Origin: an uncultured Alphaproteobacteria bacterium
GTDB taxonomy: Bacteria > Pseudomonadota > Alphaproteobacteria > Rs-D84
Length of the DNA: 32,000 nucleotides
Direction: 5' to 3'
Assembly: GCA_963931495.1 (NCBI GenBank)
Contig: OZ007020.1
Location: forward strand, 926,619-958,618
Within the stretch, counting starts at the first letter, position 1, and the number at the start of each line of letters is the position of its first letter. The translations under genes were made by a program, and so were the position numbers. Below the pieces are notes generated by a model. It ran no database searches, was not told the origin of the DNA, and saw only the letters and a program-made list of their open reading frames with translations. Shown piece by piece: positions 15,616-24,195 of the stretch.

Positions 15616-15984
15616 TTATAATATATTTATAAATATCATTGCCGCCCAAAACAGCACGACACAGGTAATTGTTATTAAAACAATTGCACTGCCAATATCT
15701 TTGGCGCGTTTTGACATTTCGTGATATTCAGAACCAATTCTGTCAATGACTGTTTCAATCGCGGTATTGACCAGTTCTGCAATAATTATTAACCACAATG
15801 AAAAGAACATTAATATTTTATCAAACAAATCAACCGGTATAAAAATTAACACAATCACCGCCGCCACGCATAGTAACAAATCTTGGCGGAATGCGGCCTC
15901 GGTACAAAATACAGATTTTAACCCGTTCCACGAATTTATAAATGCACGCATTATTCGGCGAATGCCATGATATTTTGTGTTCAT
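15616..15984 (-). CDS. dgkA: Diacylglycerol kinase (DgkA family)
   Basis: 'AELVNTAIETVIDRIGSEYHEMSKRAKDIGSA' closely matches the E. coli DgkA core (AELLNSAIEAVVDRIGSEYHELSGRAKDMGSA). It is a three-TM small protein. Confidence 0.85.
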   Translation of the reverse strand: MNTKYHGIRRIMRAFINSWNGLKSVFCTEAAFRQDLLLCVAAVIVLIFIPVDLFDKILMFFSLWLIIIAELVNTAIETVIDRIGSEYHEMSKRAKDIGSAIVLITITCVVLFWAAMIFINIL

Positions 15985-15986
15985 TT

Positions 15987-17396
15987 TTAATCAATTCCTG
16001 ATGCCAGTTTATAGTATAAATCGTTGCGCTGTTCCATTAATTTTTCCAGCGGCGCATCGCCATATTGTTCGCGCAGTGTTTTATTTGCGCCGCACCGTGC
16101 CGACAGTGATGTCCCCAGCCCCAGTCTGCACCCGTGAATTTTGCCGCCCGCAGATTCAACAATGGTCGGAAAGAAATCAAATGCCGCAACTGGGCGCGTT
16201 GTATCCGCGCCATCAAAAATGTTTGTATTTATAAACACATTTGCCAATGGTCTGTTTTTTATCTGGGATAATTTTTTCATAATTTCACCACTGTGTTGCC
16301 GATGGTCATTCAGTAAAATTATAACCGCACTGGGGTCGGCCCGGCGCACCCATTGAACAAAATCATATATAATTTTATCATCGCACTTTGCGATATCTTC
16401 CATTGTTTCTTGGGCAAAACCTATTTTACGACATGCGTCGGTAAAATATCCTTCGCAGTGCGTATTTATTGTTTCCATAAATACAAAATATGGCTGGTCT
16501 GATTTTATAATGTTTGTGATTATCGGTTTAGACAATTCAAATAATGTATAATCATCCACGCCCTGGAATGGCGCAACATCCAGTTCATAGTCCAACATGT
16601 TCCGCAGTGCATGGCCATCATATATTCTGTCAAATCCCATGCGGGTCAGAAAATCAGATTTCTTGGAAAATCCGCCACTGGCCGGGAATATAGCCCATGT
16701 TTGATACCCGTTATTTTTGAATATAGTGCCGATACCACTGGCGCCACGCATTTTTTCAATATTTTTGTAACCGGTATAGAATAACGGCAACCCCGTTGTG
16801 AATCCAGTAATTGCCGCGATAGTATGGCTGAGTCCTGATAAAGAATGATAATTTTCAAATGAAAAATGTTCTTGTTCCATTTTTGTAATGTTTGGTGTTA
16901 TGCCACCCGCACCAAACAATTTTTCATCTGCATAGATTTTTTCCATGCTTTCCAGCGCAATCAAAACGACGTTTCTTTTTTCTGGGAACGATATTTTTGC
17001 TGTGGATGGGTCAATATAGTGTTCTTGATAGAAATTTGATTTCTTGAAATTAAAAAAACTGCCCATTTGTACATTGCAACTGACCAGGCGGTATAAAAAC
17101 ACGCCTGATACCGCGATAACCGACATCCACGTTATAAATTTATATCGGTTGAATACAGCGCATAAAATGGTTAACGCGATGGCCCAACCAAATGCACGCA
17201 TAACGACCTTTTTTACAAAAGACCACACCAGCCCCATATCCATGCCGCCCGGGCCAGAGTTTATAACCAATAAAACTTCGTCCATATTTACACGGCCAAA
17301 TTGGCCGTATGTCCATTTAATCGCGCATTCCACCAGTAAAATGAACAGCAATACCAAAAACAGTATCAAGTAATTCTTATTAAATTTTATTTTCAT
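15987..17396 (-). CDS. Membrane-anchored sulfatase-superfamily transferase (LtaS/MdoB phosphoglycerol-transferase-like)
   Basis: An N-terminal multi-TM region precedes a periplasmic alkaline-phosphatase-like domain. 'LSGLSHTIAAITGFTTGLPL' resembles the MdoB/OpgB nucleophile region, and 'LLNDHRQH' is near the C-terminus. I moved the start to the ATG at 17396 (GGGGGA RBS). Its stop is 2 nt from the dgkA start. Confidence 0.7.
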   Translation of the reverse strand: MKIKFNKNYLILFLVLLFILLVECAIKWTYGQFGRVNMDEVLLVINSGPGGMDMGLVWSFVKKVVMRAFGWAIALTILCAVFNRYKFITWMSVIAVSGVFLYRLVSCNVQMGSFFNFKKSNFYQEHYIDPSTAKISFPEKRNVVLIALESMEKIYADEKLFGAGGITPNITKMEQEHFSFENYHSLSGLSHTIAAITGFTTGLPLFYTGYKNIEKMRGASGIGTIFKNNGYQTWAIFPASGGFSKKSDFLTRMGFDRIYDGHALRNMLDYELDVAPFQGVDDYTLFELSKPIITNIIKSDQPYFVFMETINTHCEGYFTDACRKIGFAQETMEDIAKCDDKIIYDFVQWVRRADPSAVIILLNDHRQHSGEIMKKLSQIKNRPLANVFINTNIFDGADTTRPVAAFDFFPTIVESAGGKIHGCRLGLGTSLSARCGANKTLREQYGDAPLEKLMEQRNDLYYKLASGID

Positions 17397-17680
17397 ATCT
17401 AATCCCCCAGGGCAAAAACACCACACAGCACAAGACACAGGCGGTCGGGAACTTAGTAAATCACGTCATCATTGATTCTGTTGCTTTTGGTTGTGCACCT
17501 GTTTTATAACAACAGCCCCCCGACTTTCCCAGCCAGGGATATTTTGACGATGCGTTATCGCCCCAGATGAAGTTGTCTTACCACAGCCCCGAACCAGCAT
17601 CCCCACTGATTCAAACCGGATTATAATCTGGGTTCTTTGTTAAATCAAAGGATTTTTATCGCGCGTTGCATGCTTTTTTG

Positions 17681-17689
17681 TGATATAAT
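17681..17689 (+). promoter_or_regulatory. Extended -10 promoter element TGATATAAT preceded by a T-tract, upstream of ldh
   Basis: 'gcttttttgTGATATAATcgtacccgatatggggggacgataATG'. A GGGGGGA RBS lies at 17702-17708. Confidence 0.5.
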
Positions 17690-17713
17690 CGTACCCGATA
17701 TGGGGGGACGATA

Positions 17714-18646
17714 ATGAAAATTGCAATTATTGGTGCCGGCAGTGTTGGTTCCGCCGTTGCGACCGCCGTTAAAAACACGGGATTTGTTCATGAAATTGTG
17801 CTGTTTGACCGGGATGGCGTACGTGCACGGGCCGCCGCAGAAGATTTAGGACATGCCGCCAGTTTCGGGTTTGATGTAAAAATCACTGCGGTCAGTAATT
17901 ATCGCGGCATCCGTGGCAGTGACATTGTCATTATCGCCGCCGGCGCAAATCAACGCGTCGGTGAAACACGCACGGACTTGTTAAACAAAAATGCCGCCGT
18001 AATCCAAGATATTATGCCGCGCATAATGGCCAATACAGATGTAAAAAAAGTAAAAATCATTATCGTAACAAATCCGTTGGATGTAATGGTTATGTTGGCA
18101 CACCAGATTTCACATATGCCACCAGAACATATTATCGGCACTGGGACAATGTTGGATTCGGGACGTTTGCGGACAATTTTGGCACGACAAATCGGCGTTT
18201 CAACACAATCGGTTAACGCGTACGTTCTGGGGGAACACGGCGACAGCAGTATTATTGACTGGTCATCAATTACTGTTGGGGCGTTGGGACTGGACGATTT
18301 CTGTCGCCAGATGAAAATTTCTTTGCCACAAACGACACGTAATACTATCACACATCGGGTACATAATGCAGCATATGAAATTATTCGTGGTCGTGGGGCC
18401 ACATGGGATGGAATCAGTGCCGCTGTTGCAGATTTGTTGCGCTGTATCATCAATGACGAACGCCGGATATTAACCGTCAGTTGTGTATCTGGACGGGGTA
18501 CAGACATGGTTGCGATGTCGTTGCCACGAATTGTTGGCGCAGATGGTGTGATTGCAACACTGCGTCCAAAACTGAATGCCACAGAATCTGGGGCGCTGCG
18601 CCGCAGTGGCAAAATCATTCGTAAAAATTTTGATGCAATTAAATAA
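17714..18646 (+). CDS. ldh: L-lactate dehydrogenase (LDH/MDH superfamily with LDH-type specificity residues)
   Basis: Rossmann motif 'MKIAIIGAGSVGSAVA'. 'AAGANQRVGETRTDLL' carries the LDH-type Gln where malate dehydrogenases have Arg. The catalytic 'GEHGDS' is present. Confidence 0.8.
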   Translation: MKIAIIGAGSVGSAVATAVKNTGFVHEIVLFDRDGVRARAAAEDLGHAASFGFDVKITAVSNYRGIRGSDIVIIAAGANQRVGETRTDLLNKNAAVIQDIMPRIMANTDVKKVKIIIVTNPLDVMVMLAHQISHMPPEHIIGTGTMLDSGRLRTILARQIGVSTQSVNAYVLGEHGDSSIIDWSSITVGALGLDDFCRQMKISLPQTTRNTITHRVHNAAYEIIRGRGATWDGISAAVADLLRCIINDERRILTVSCVSGRGTDMVAMSLPRIVGADGVIATLRPKLNATESGALRRSGKIIRKNFDAIK

Positions 18647-18729
18647 TTTGTAAATATTTTGCGGATTACTGTCCGATTTATCAATTGCATCGGTCAATGG
18701 TATAATGCCATGTGTAACAGGGGGCGCAT

Positions 18730-19032
18730 ATGGCACAAGAAACCATCACATATGATATATTTCCAAACGGGTTGGGATTCTATGCGAACTGTGATGGGCA
18801 ACACGTCGGCGAAATAACATTTGTGCGCGTTGGTATTGATAAAATGATTATAGACCGCACCAGTGTCACAGAAAAATACCAGCGCGCGCATGTTGGATTA
18901 AATCTGGTGCGGTGCGCTGCAAACCTGGCCCGCAATCAACATCGCAAGGTTATAACCATGTGCCCTTTTGCCGCCGCAATGTTCAGCAGATATCCTGAAT
19001 TTGACGACGTGCGTTTTTTACATACAAGATAA
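18730..19032 (+). CDS. Small GNAT-family N-acetyltransferase (YjdJ-like)
   Basis: It is 100 aa. 'RAHVGLNLVRCAANLARNQHRKVITMCPFAAAMFSRYPEFDDV' matches the short GNAT family with the C-terminal CPF...PEY motif. Confidence 0.65.
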   Translation: MAQETITYDIFPNGLGFYANCDGQHVGEITFVRVGIDKMIIDRTSVTEKYQRAHVGLNLVRCAANLARNQHRKVITMCPFAAAMFSRYPEFDDVRFLHTR

Positions 19033-19099
19033 ATTTCTGTGCTTGAATGATTTTTATTTTTTTACTAGGATGCAACCAATTGAAAGGGAGGCATCGTCC

Positions 19100-20491
19100 A
19101 TGAGTCGCAAATTAAAATATTGGTTGGTGTTTTTAATATTCTTGAATGGGTATATCAGTTTATCGTTGGAATTGGTTGTGTTACGACAATTGGCATTCTG
19201 GGTCGGATCCAGCGCCGTAATTACAAGTATAATTATGGGAACATTCTTGGGATTTATGTCGTTGGGGTATTTTGTCGGCGAATCAAAGAAAATCGCAACA
19301 AAAAACATTCGCAAAATTCTGGGCATCAGTTTTTTGATTATTGCGGCGTTGGCACTGTTCGCGTCCAGTTTCCCAATGGTATTAAAATATTTCAAATGGA
19401 TGTATGAATGGGGTATTACGTCCAGTATTATACAAACATTTATATATTCGTTTGTATTTCTGTCCGTTGGACCATTTTTGTTTGGATTTAATACAACGTT
19501 GTTGTCCCGCTGTCTGCACAGATATAACACCAGTTACACAGGGAATATCATGGCATGGGATACAATTGGTTCGGTCATGGGGTCATTATTAACAACACTG
19601 ATTTTGATGCCGTTCTTGGGGGTGAATTATACCGTTATTTTAATCGTCATATTGGCATCTGTTGCCGCATTTATAACACGTACACGTTGGTGGGTCGGTC
19701 TGGTCGCAATCGCAGTATTGGTGCCAACGGTTATTATTAACAGTAATTTTATCCAGAAAAATAAATACGGAATTCTGGTAAATAATGCCAATTCAACAAT
19801 ATCTGTGCATAAATATTACAGTGGCATGCGTGTATTGGATATGAATGGGTTGCCGATGTCTATATATAATCCAGATACTGGGGCGGCGGCCGAATATATC
19901 AATTATATTAATACGCATTTTATATATACAATGCCAGGCGACAGAATTCACAATATTTTGGTATTGGGTGCGGGGGGCTTTACCGCCGGATTGCGCGATA
20001 CATTTAATAACTATACATTCGTAGATATTGAACGCACATTAAAAGATGTTGCAGAAAAAGAATTCTTGGACCAACAACTGACGTCAAACAAACGCTTTGT
20101 TATCCAAGATGCCAGTCAGTTCTTGAAAAATACAGACGAATTATATGATTTGATTTTATTGGATGTGTATTCAAATTCTTACCAAATCCCCGAAGGTTTT
20201 ATTACCGCAGAATTTATGCAACGAATAAAATCACGTATCGCGCCAAATGGCATTGTTATATTTAACCTGATTGCCAGTCAATCTTTCAAAGACAAGTATT
20301 CCCAGGTTATTGACAACACTTTCCATGCCGTATTTCCGCATAATACCCAACGTCAGGTTATCGGGTACACGAATCCGTGGGACAGAAACGATACAACCAA
20401 TGTTCTGTATATATATTACAATAAAGAAAACGATGGACGTATTTATACAATAAACAAAACGCCGGTTATATACGATCGCTATGTAAAATAA
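19100..20491 (+). CDS. Polytopic membrane protein fused to a spermidine-synthase-like (class I SAM-MTase fold) domain
   Basis: I moved the start to the ATG at 19100 (AAGGGAGG RBS). The N-terminal half has about 7 hydrophobic helices. The C-terminal half carries 'ILVLGAGGFTAGL' and 'DLILLDVYS', as in spermidine synthase-like proteins. Confidence 0.7.
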   Translation: MSRKLKYWLVFLIFLNGYISLSLELVVLRQLAFWVGSSAVITSIIMGTFLGFMSLGYFVGESKKIATKNIRKILGISFLIIAALALFASSFPMVLKYFKWMYEWGITSSIIQTFIYSFVFLSVGPFLFGFNTTLLSRCLHRYNTSYTGNIMAWDTIGSVMGSLLTTLILMPFLGVNYTVILIVILASVAAFITRTRWWVGLVAIAVLVPTVIINSNFIQKNKYGILVNNANSTISVHKYYSGMRVLDMNGLPMSIYNPDTGAAAEYINYINTHFIYTMPGDRIHNILVLGAGGFTAGLRDTFNNYTFVDIERTLKDVAEKEFLDQQLTSNKRFVIQDASQFLKNTDELYDLILLDVYSNSYQIPEGFITAEFMQRIKSRIAPNGIVIFNLIASQSFKDKYSQVIDNTFHAVFPHNTQRQVIGYTNPWDRNDTTNVLYIYYNKENDGRIYTINKTPVIYDRYVK

Positions 20492-20492
20492 C

Positions 20493-20512
20493 AATGGGGC
20501 GCATGCCCCATT
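20493..20512. terminator. Bidirectional terminator hairpin between convergent genes
   Basis: Perfect 8-bp stem 'aatggggc gcat gccccatt', followed by a T-rich run. The hairpin fills essentially the whole 22-nt gap between the two stop codons. Confidence 0.8.
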
Positions 20513-20513
20513 A

Positions 20514-21110
20514 TTATTTTATAATCTGGTCCAGGTTTTCGCGCACAAAATCCCAATTAACCATATGCAACAAAAACGCGTCAATAAAATCAGCACGACG
20601 ATTTTGATAATCCAGATAATATGCATGTTCCCACACATCCAATGACAATACAGGATGCATCCCATGCGCAATCGGCGTATCTGCATTGGCGGTTGTTAAT
20701 ATCTTTAATGTATTACCATCATGAACCAACCATGACCAACCACTGCCAAACACGCCGCCAGATGCGGACTTGAACGCATCAAAAAACGCATTCGCGCCAT
20801 CAAATGCCGCGACAATTTCATTTGGAACATCGCCACCGCCATTTGGTTTTATACAATGAAAAAAGAAATCGTGATTAAACACCTGGGCCGCGTTATTAAA
20901 TATCTTTGTGGCATTTGAATCTGTCACAGATGTTTTGATAATGTCGTCCAGCGGCATATCTGCATATTTCGTGCCGTCAATTAATTCATTCAGATTTTTT
21001 ATATACGTCGCCAAATGACGCCCATGATGACAATCTAGTGTTTCTGGGGACATATATGGCGCAATTGCATTTTTTTCAAACATTAATGGAAATTGTGATA
21101 AAGAAAACAT
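20514..21110 (-). CDS. sodB: Fe-type superoxide dismutase
   Basis: I moved the start to the ATG at 21110 (GGAGGA RBS). 'APYMSPETLDCHHGRHLATY', 'NNAAQVFNHDFFF' and 'LSLDVWEHAYYLDYQNRRADFIDAF' are Fe/Mn-SOD signatures, with the Fe-type Gln context. Confidence 0.9.
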   Translation of the reverse strand: MFSLSQFPLMFEKNAIAPYMSPETLDCHHGRHLATYIKNLNELIDGTKYADMPLDDIIKTSVTDSNATKIFNNAAQVFNHDFFFHCIKPNGGGDVPNEIVAAFDGANAFFDAFKSASGGVFGSGWSWLVHDGNTLKILTTANADTPIAHGMHPVLSLDVWEHAYYLDYQNRRADFIDAFLLHMVNWDFVRENLDQIIK

Positions 21111-21262
21111 ATGTAAATCCTCCACTGGTTTATTCATATGAATATATTTTGGCAATGATATAAAAAAATACAACAGATTTTTTTTCTTGGGATTCATATA
21201 AAAATAACTTGCGCCGGCGCGGTCGTATTTTTATAATCAGTTCAAGAAAAAAAGGAGAACAT

Positions 21263-21844
21263 ATGAAAAAACTGTCGTTTTTGTCTGCGATTTTTGGTTT
21301 GGCGTTTATTGGTACTGCATCTGCGGCGGATATCACGCTGTATTATTCACCATATTGTCCACATTGTCACCATGCGCGTGATTTTTTTGTAAACAAAATG
21401 GTTTATGAATACCCGGATTTACGCATTGTCCAGGTTAATGTTATGGATCAAACGAATATGCCGGTATTTGAAAAAGCATTGGCCAAATGCGAATATGAAA
21501 GTGGTGGCGTACCAGTTATCGTCATTGGTGATAAATGTTTCCAAGGATATGCGGATTTCATGGAACAAGAACTGCGCGACGCGGTTGAAGTTGACATGTC
21601 TGATTCAGAAAAGCAAATTGCCGCCGAAAATAAAAAGGCCTTGGATGCGGACCCTGATGGATTCCGCGCGAAACATCCAGAACGTCAAAATGTTGTTTCT
21701 GAATACAAACCCGGGTCCGACGCCATGGCCCCAGGTGAAAAAAAAACTGATGGTGGGTCGCCAATTTATTTCTATGCACTGTTAATCGTACTGGTTGCAA
21801 TATTGGCCGTTGTGTTGGTCAAAAAGGACAAAAAGAAGAAATAA
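21263..21844 (+). CDS. Exported thioredoxin/glutaredoxin-fold protein with a CPHC active site and a C-terminal TM anchor
   Basis: I moved the start to the ATG at 21263 (AAGGAG RBS). Signal peptide 'MKKLSFLSAIFGLAFIGTASA'. 'YYSPYCPHCHHARDFF' provides the CxxC motif and 'GGVPVIVIG' the cis-Pro loop. The C-terminal 'IYFYALLIVLVAILAVVLV-KKDKKKK' forms the anchor. Confidence 0.7.
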   Translation: MKKLSFLSAIFGLAFIGTASAADITLYYSPYCPHCHHARDFFVNKMVYEYPDLRIVQVNVMDQTNMPVFEKALAKCEYESGGVPVIVIGDKCFQGYADFMEQELRDAVEVDMSDSEKQIAAENKKALDADPDGFRAKHPERQNVVSEYKPGSDAMAPGEKKTDGGSPIYFYALLIVLVAILAVVLVKKDKKKK

Positions 21845-21875
21845 TTCCGGGCGTTCATAAGATTCAGGATACGAT

Positions 21876-22739
21876 ATGTTTGATTTGACCGTTCTTGATT
21901 ATATTTATGTGGGCGTCATTTTGGCGTCCACAATATGGGCCAGCATTCGTGGCGGTGTATATGAAACAGTGGCCACACTGTCATGGGTCGCGGCGGCATT
22001 CGCGGCACGTTTCGTTTCACCGTTTGTTGACCAGTTATTACAATCTTGGTTTGATTTATCAGAATCAACCGTTGGAACGTTGGTTGCGTCGTACTTTATC
22101 GTATTCTTTGTCATATTATTGCTGATCGGGTTCTTTAACCAGCGGTTACGTGAAAAAATTCACAACAGCATGATGAAAATTACGGACCGTACACTGGGGA
22201 TAATATTTGGTATTATCCGTGGTATCGTAATTATGGGGCTGGTGTATTGGTGCGCATTGTGGTACTATGCCGATGCGCCGTCATTACCTGGATGGGTTGC
22301 CGACGCCCGCACACGGCCGATTATGCAACTGACCGCGATTAAATTGGACGAATGGTTCTTTCCCGGCGATGGCAGTAAATTGTTGGCGCGTGATATGACC
22401 GGAACCCGTGAAGCAATTGCAATATACCAAAACTTGATTAATCCGGCGATATCTGATTCATCAACATCCGGGGACCATTCGGATTCGGCCAGTGATGCCG
22501 GTGAAACAGGCTATAAATCATCGGAACGTTCGGCGTTGGAAAAACAATTGTTACAGATAGAAAATGCCGCAATTGCCGAAGAACAACGTGCCGCGGCCGA
22601 GTCTGGGACAATAAACGCAGATGCTGTTTCTGTCCAAAACACAACGTCAGAATCTGGGGGTGCGACCGGCAATGACGCCCAGGCGGAAAACATCCGACCA
22701 GAATATGGAACGGCGGATGCGCCTGTGACATCGGATTAA
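21876..22739 (+). CDS. cvpA: CvpA family membrane protein with a long acidic low-complexity C-terminal extension
   Basis: The N-terminus 'MFDLTVLDYIYVGVILASTIWASIRGGVYE' and a four-TM layout are typical of CvpA. Roughly the last 100 residues are Ser/Asp/Glu/Ala-rich. Confidence 0.8.
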   Translation: MFDLTVLDYIYVGVILASTIWASIRGGVYETVATLSWVAAAFAARFVSPFVDQLLQSWFDLSESTVGTLVASYFIVFFVILLLIGFFNQRLREKIHNSMMKITDRTLGIIFGIIRGIVIMGLVYWCALWYYADAPSLPGWVADARTRPIMQLTAIKLDEWFFPGDGSKLLARDMTGTREAIAIYQNLINPAISDSSTSGDHSDSASDAGETGYKSSERSALEKQLLQIENAAIAEEQRAAAESGTINADAVSVQNTTSESGGATGNDAQAENIRPEYGTADAPVTSD

Positions 22740-22772
22740 TATAATTTTATTTTCGTTTTTTCCTGTTTGTTT

Positions 22773-22800
22773 CCCGCCACAATTGTGGCGGGTTTTCTTT
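22773..22800 (+). terminator. Rho-independent terminator after cvpA
   Basis: Perfect 8-bp stem 'cccgccac aatt gtggcggg', followed by 'ttttcttt'. Confidence 0.85.
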
Positions 22801-22857
22801 CCTGGTGAAAAAGTTTTTTATTAAATGCATAATTTTTGTATCCAAGGAGAGAGAAAC

Positions 22858-23592
22858 ATGAAACATAAACTTCTTTTTATCCCAGCATTGATATTATCGT
22901 CAATGCCGGCAATTGCGGATGACACTGCACGTGGTGTTAATCCGGCGGATAATTTAACCAAGTTTGAATTATTGCCACAATTACGGGCTGTTGGTGATGC
23001 ATCAATAAATTCACTGACATTCAAATACGATCACGCAATAAAACGTGTATTTGGAATAAATGTTGAATTGCCGGCGGTGCGCGTTGCCGGTCCATACGGT
23101 GATGAAAATGGAATTGGCGATTTAACACTGCGTGGGCGTGCCCAACATACATGGGGCCGCCACACATTGATTGGTGCCGCAGAATTCGTCTTGCCAACCG
23201 CCACAGACAATCGGTTGGGGCTGCAACAATATTTGTTTGATCCGATACTGGGGTATGTGTATTCGTTCGGTCATAATGTGTTCGGCGCACTGGTTGCAAA
23301 ACAATTCATTTCACTGAATAACACAGAACCTGATTTTACCCCAGATACAAACCAAGGCCAATACCGCGTACTGTTGGGATATGCATCAAATAACGGTTGG
23401 TGGATAATGGCCGATCCACAAGTATGGGTGGATTATGAACAAGGACGCCAAGAAGTCTTGGCCGAAATTGAACTGGGGACCATGCTGAACCAATCAACCA
23501 GCGTATGGCTGCGCGCAGGACACAGATTGGGTGGTAATTGGAATCGGGGCGACTGGATGGTAATGATGGGCGTTCGCTTTATGAAATTTTAA
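22858..23592 (+). CDS. Small outer-membrane beta-barrel protein (possibly a MetA-pathway/transporter-type OMP)
   Basis: I moved the start to the ATG at 22858 (AAGGAGAG RBS). Signal peptide 'MKHKLLFIPALILSSMPAIA'. The C-terminal 'MVMMGVRFMKF' ends in Phe. The family assignment is tentative. Confidence 0.65.
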   Translation: MKHKLLFIPALILSSMPAIADDTARGVNPADNLTKFELLPQLRAVGDASINSLTFKYDHAIKRVFGINVELPAVRVAGPYGDENGIGDLTLRGRAQHTWGRHTLIGAAEFVLPTATDNRLGLQQYLFDPILGYVYSFGHNVFGALVAKQFISLNNTEPDFTPDTNQGQYRVLLGYASNNGWWIMADPQVWVDYEQGRQEVLAEIELGTMLNQSTSVWLRAGHRLGGNWNRGDWMVMMGVRFMKF

Positions 23593-23624
23593 TTAATAAA
23601 AAATTATAAATATGGAGAAAAACA

Positions 23625-24140
23625 ATGTTTCTGAAATCAAAAATTGGACTGACGATTTTATCATTATATGAAATTGTCGCAATTATGTTACTGCATTGCC
23701 CGAATACGTGTAATGCGATGTTTGGTATAACGTTTTGCACAGATTCTGTATTCAAATATTTTATCGTGTGCGTTGCGGTACCGTTAATTGTATTTCTGAT
23801 TGCGATGTGGATTATGGAAATTATTGACCACATTCGGCGGCGCCATTCGTTCTTGTACAAGGCAAAACATGCGGTTAAAAATATGGCTGATCATATTCGT
23901 GAACGCGTATCAGAATCTGTATCATCCAAAGATATTGAAAAAATGATATCTGCTGCATTGGTGTTGGGATTACGAAAATATGCAAATCGCAATGCGCGGG
24001 CACGGCAAATGCTGGATGAAATGTCTGGTGACATTGACGCAGAATACGGCATATACGCATCGTATGACGATGATGATGACGATACAGTAATCGCAAATAC
24101 CCAGAAAAATAAATCCAGAAATAATAAAAAGAAAAAATAA
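23625..24140 (+). CDS. Hypothetical membrane protein with poly-Asp and poly-Lys tails
   Basis: It has two or three hydrophobic helices, then a charged region ending in 'SYDDDDDDTVIANTQKNKSRNNKKKK'. 'GGAGAAAAACAATG' provides the RBS. I recognise no family. Confidence 0.5.
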   Translation: MFLKSKIGLTILSLYEIVAIMLLHCPNTCNAMFGITFCTDSVFKYFIVCVAVPLIVFLIAMWIMEIIDHIRRRHSFLYKAKHAVKNMADHIRERVSESVSSKDIEKMISAALVLGLRKYANRNARARQMLDEMSGDIDAEYGIYASYDDDDDDTVIANTQKNKSRNNKKKK

Positions 24141-24195
24141 ATAATCCATCGGGCTTACGCCCGGGGTATTACGTCAGAACAATAAAATATTAATA

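Noticed and set aside
15356-15649. 97-aa minus-strand ORF
   Set aside because: It overlaps tRNA-Thr and its terminator on the opposite strand. It has no RBS and no protein-like features.
17440-17700. RNase P RNA or SRP (4.5S) RNA in the long intergenic region. The minus strand has 'GGGAAAGTCGGGG' and 'AACAGAATCA', which resemble the RNase P blocks 'GGAAAGUCCGGGC' and 'ACAGAACCC'.
   Set aside because: The two RNase P-like blocks are only about 50 nt apart instead of about 280 nt, and no matching P1/P4 pairing partners can be drawn. The SRP helix-8 consensus (GGAA tetraloop flanked by ..AGCAGCC) is absent on both strands. The resemblance is probably chance, so I report the region only as an unclassified candidate RNA.
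17950-18690. 246-aa minus-strand ORF
   Set aside because: It is entirely antisense to the strongly supported ldh gene. It is an Arg/Ser/Ile-rich shadow frame.
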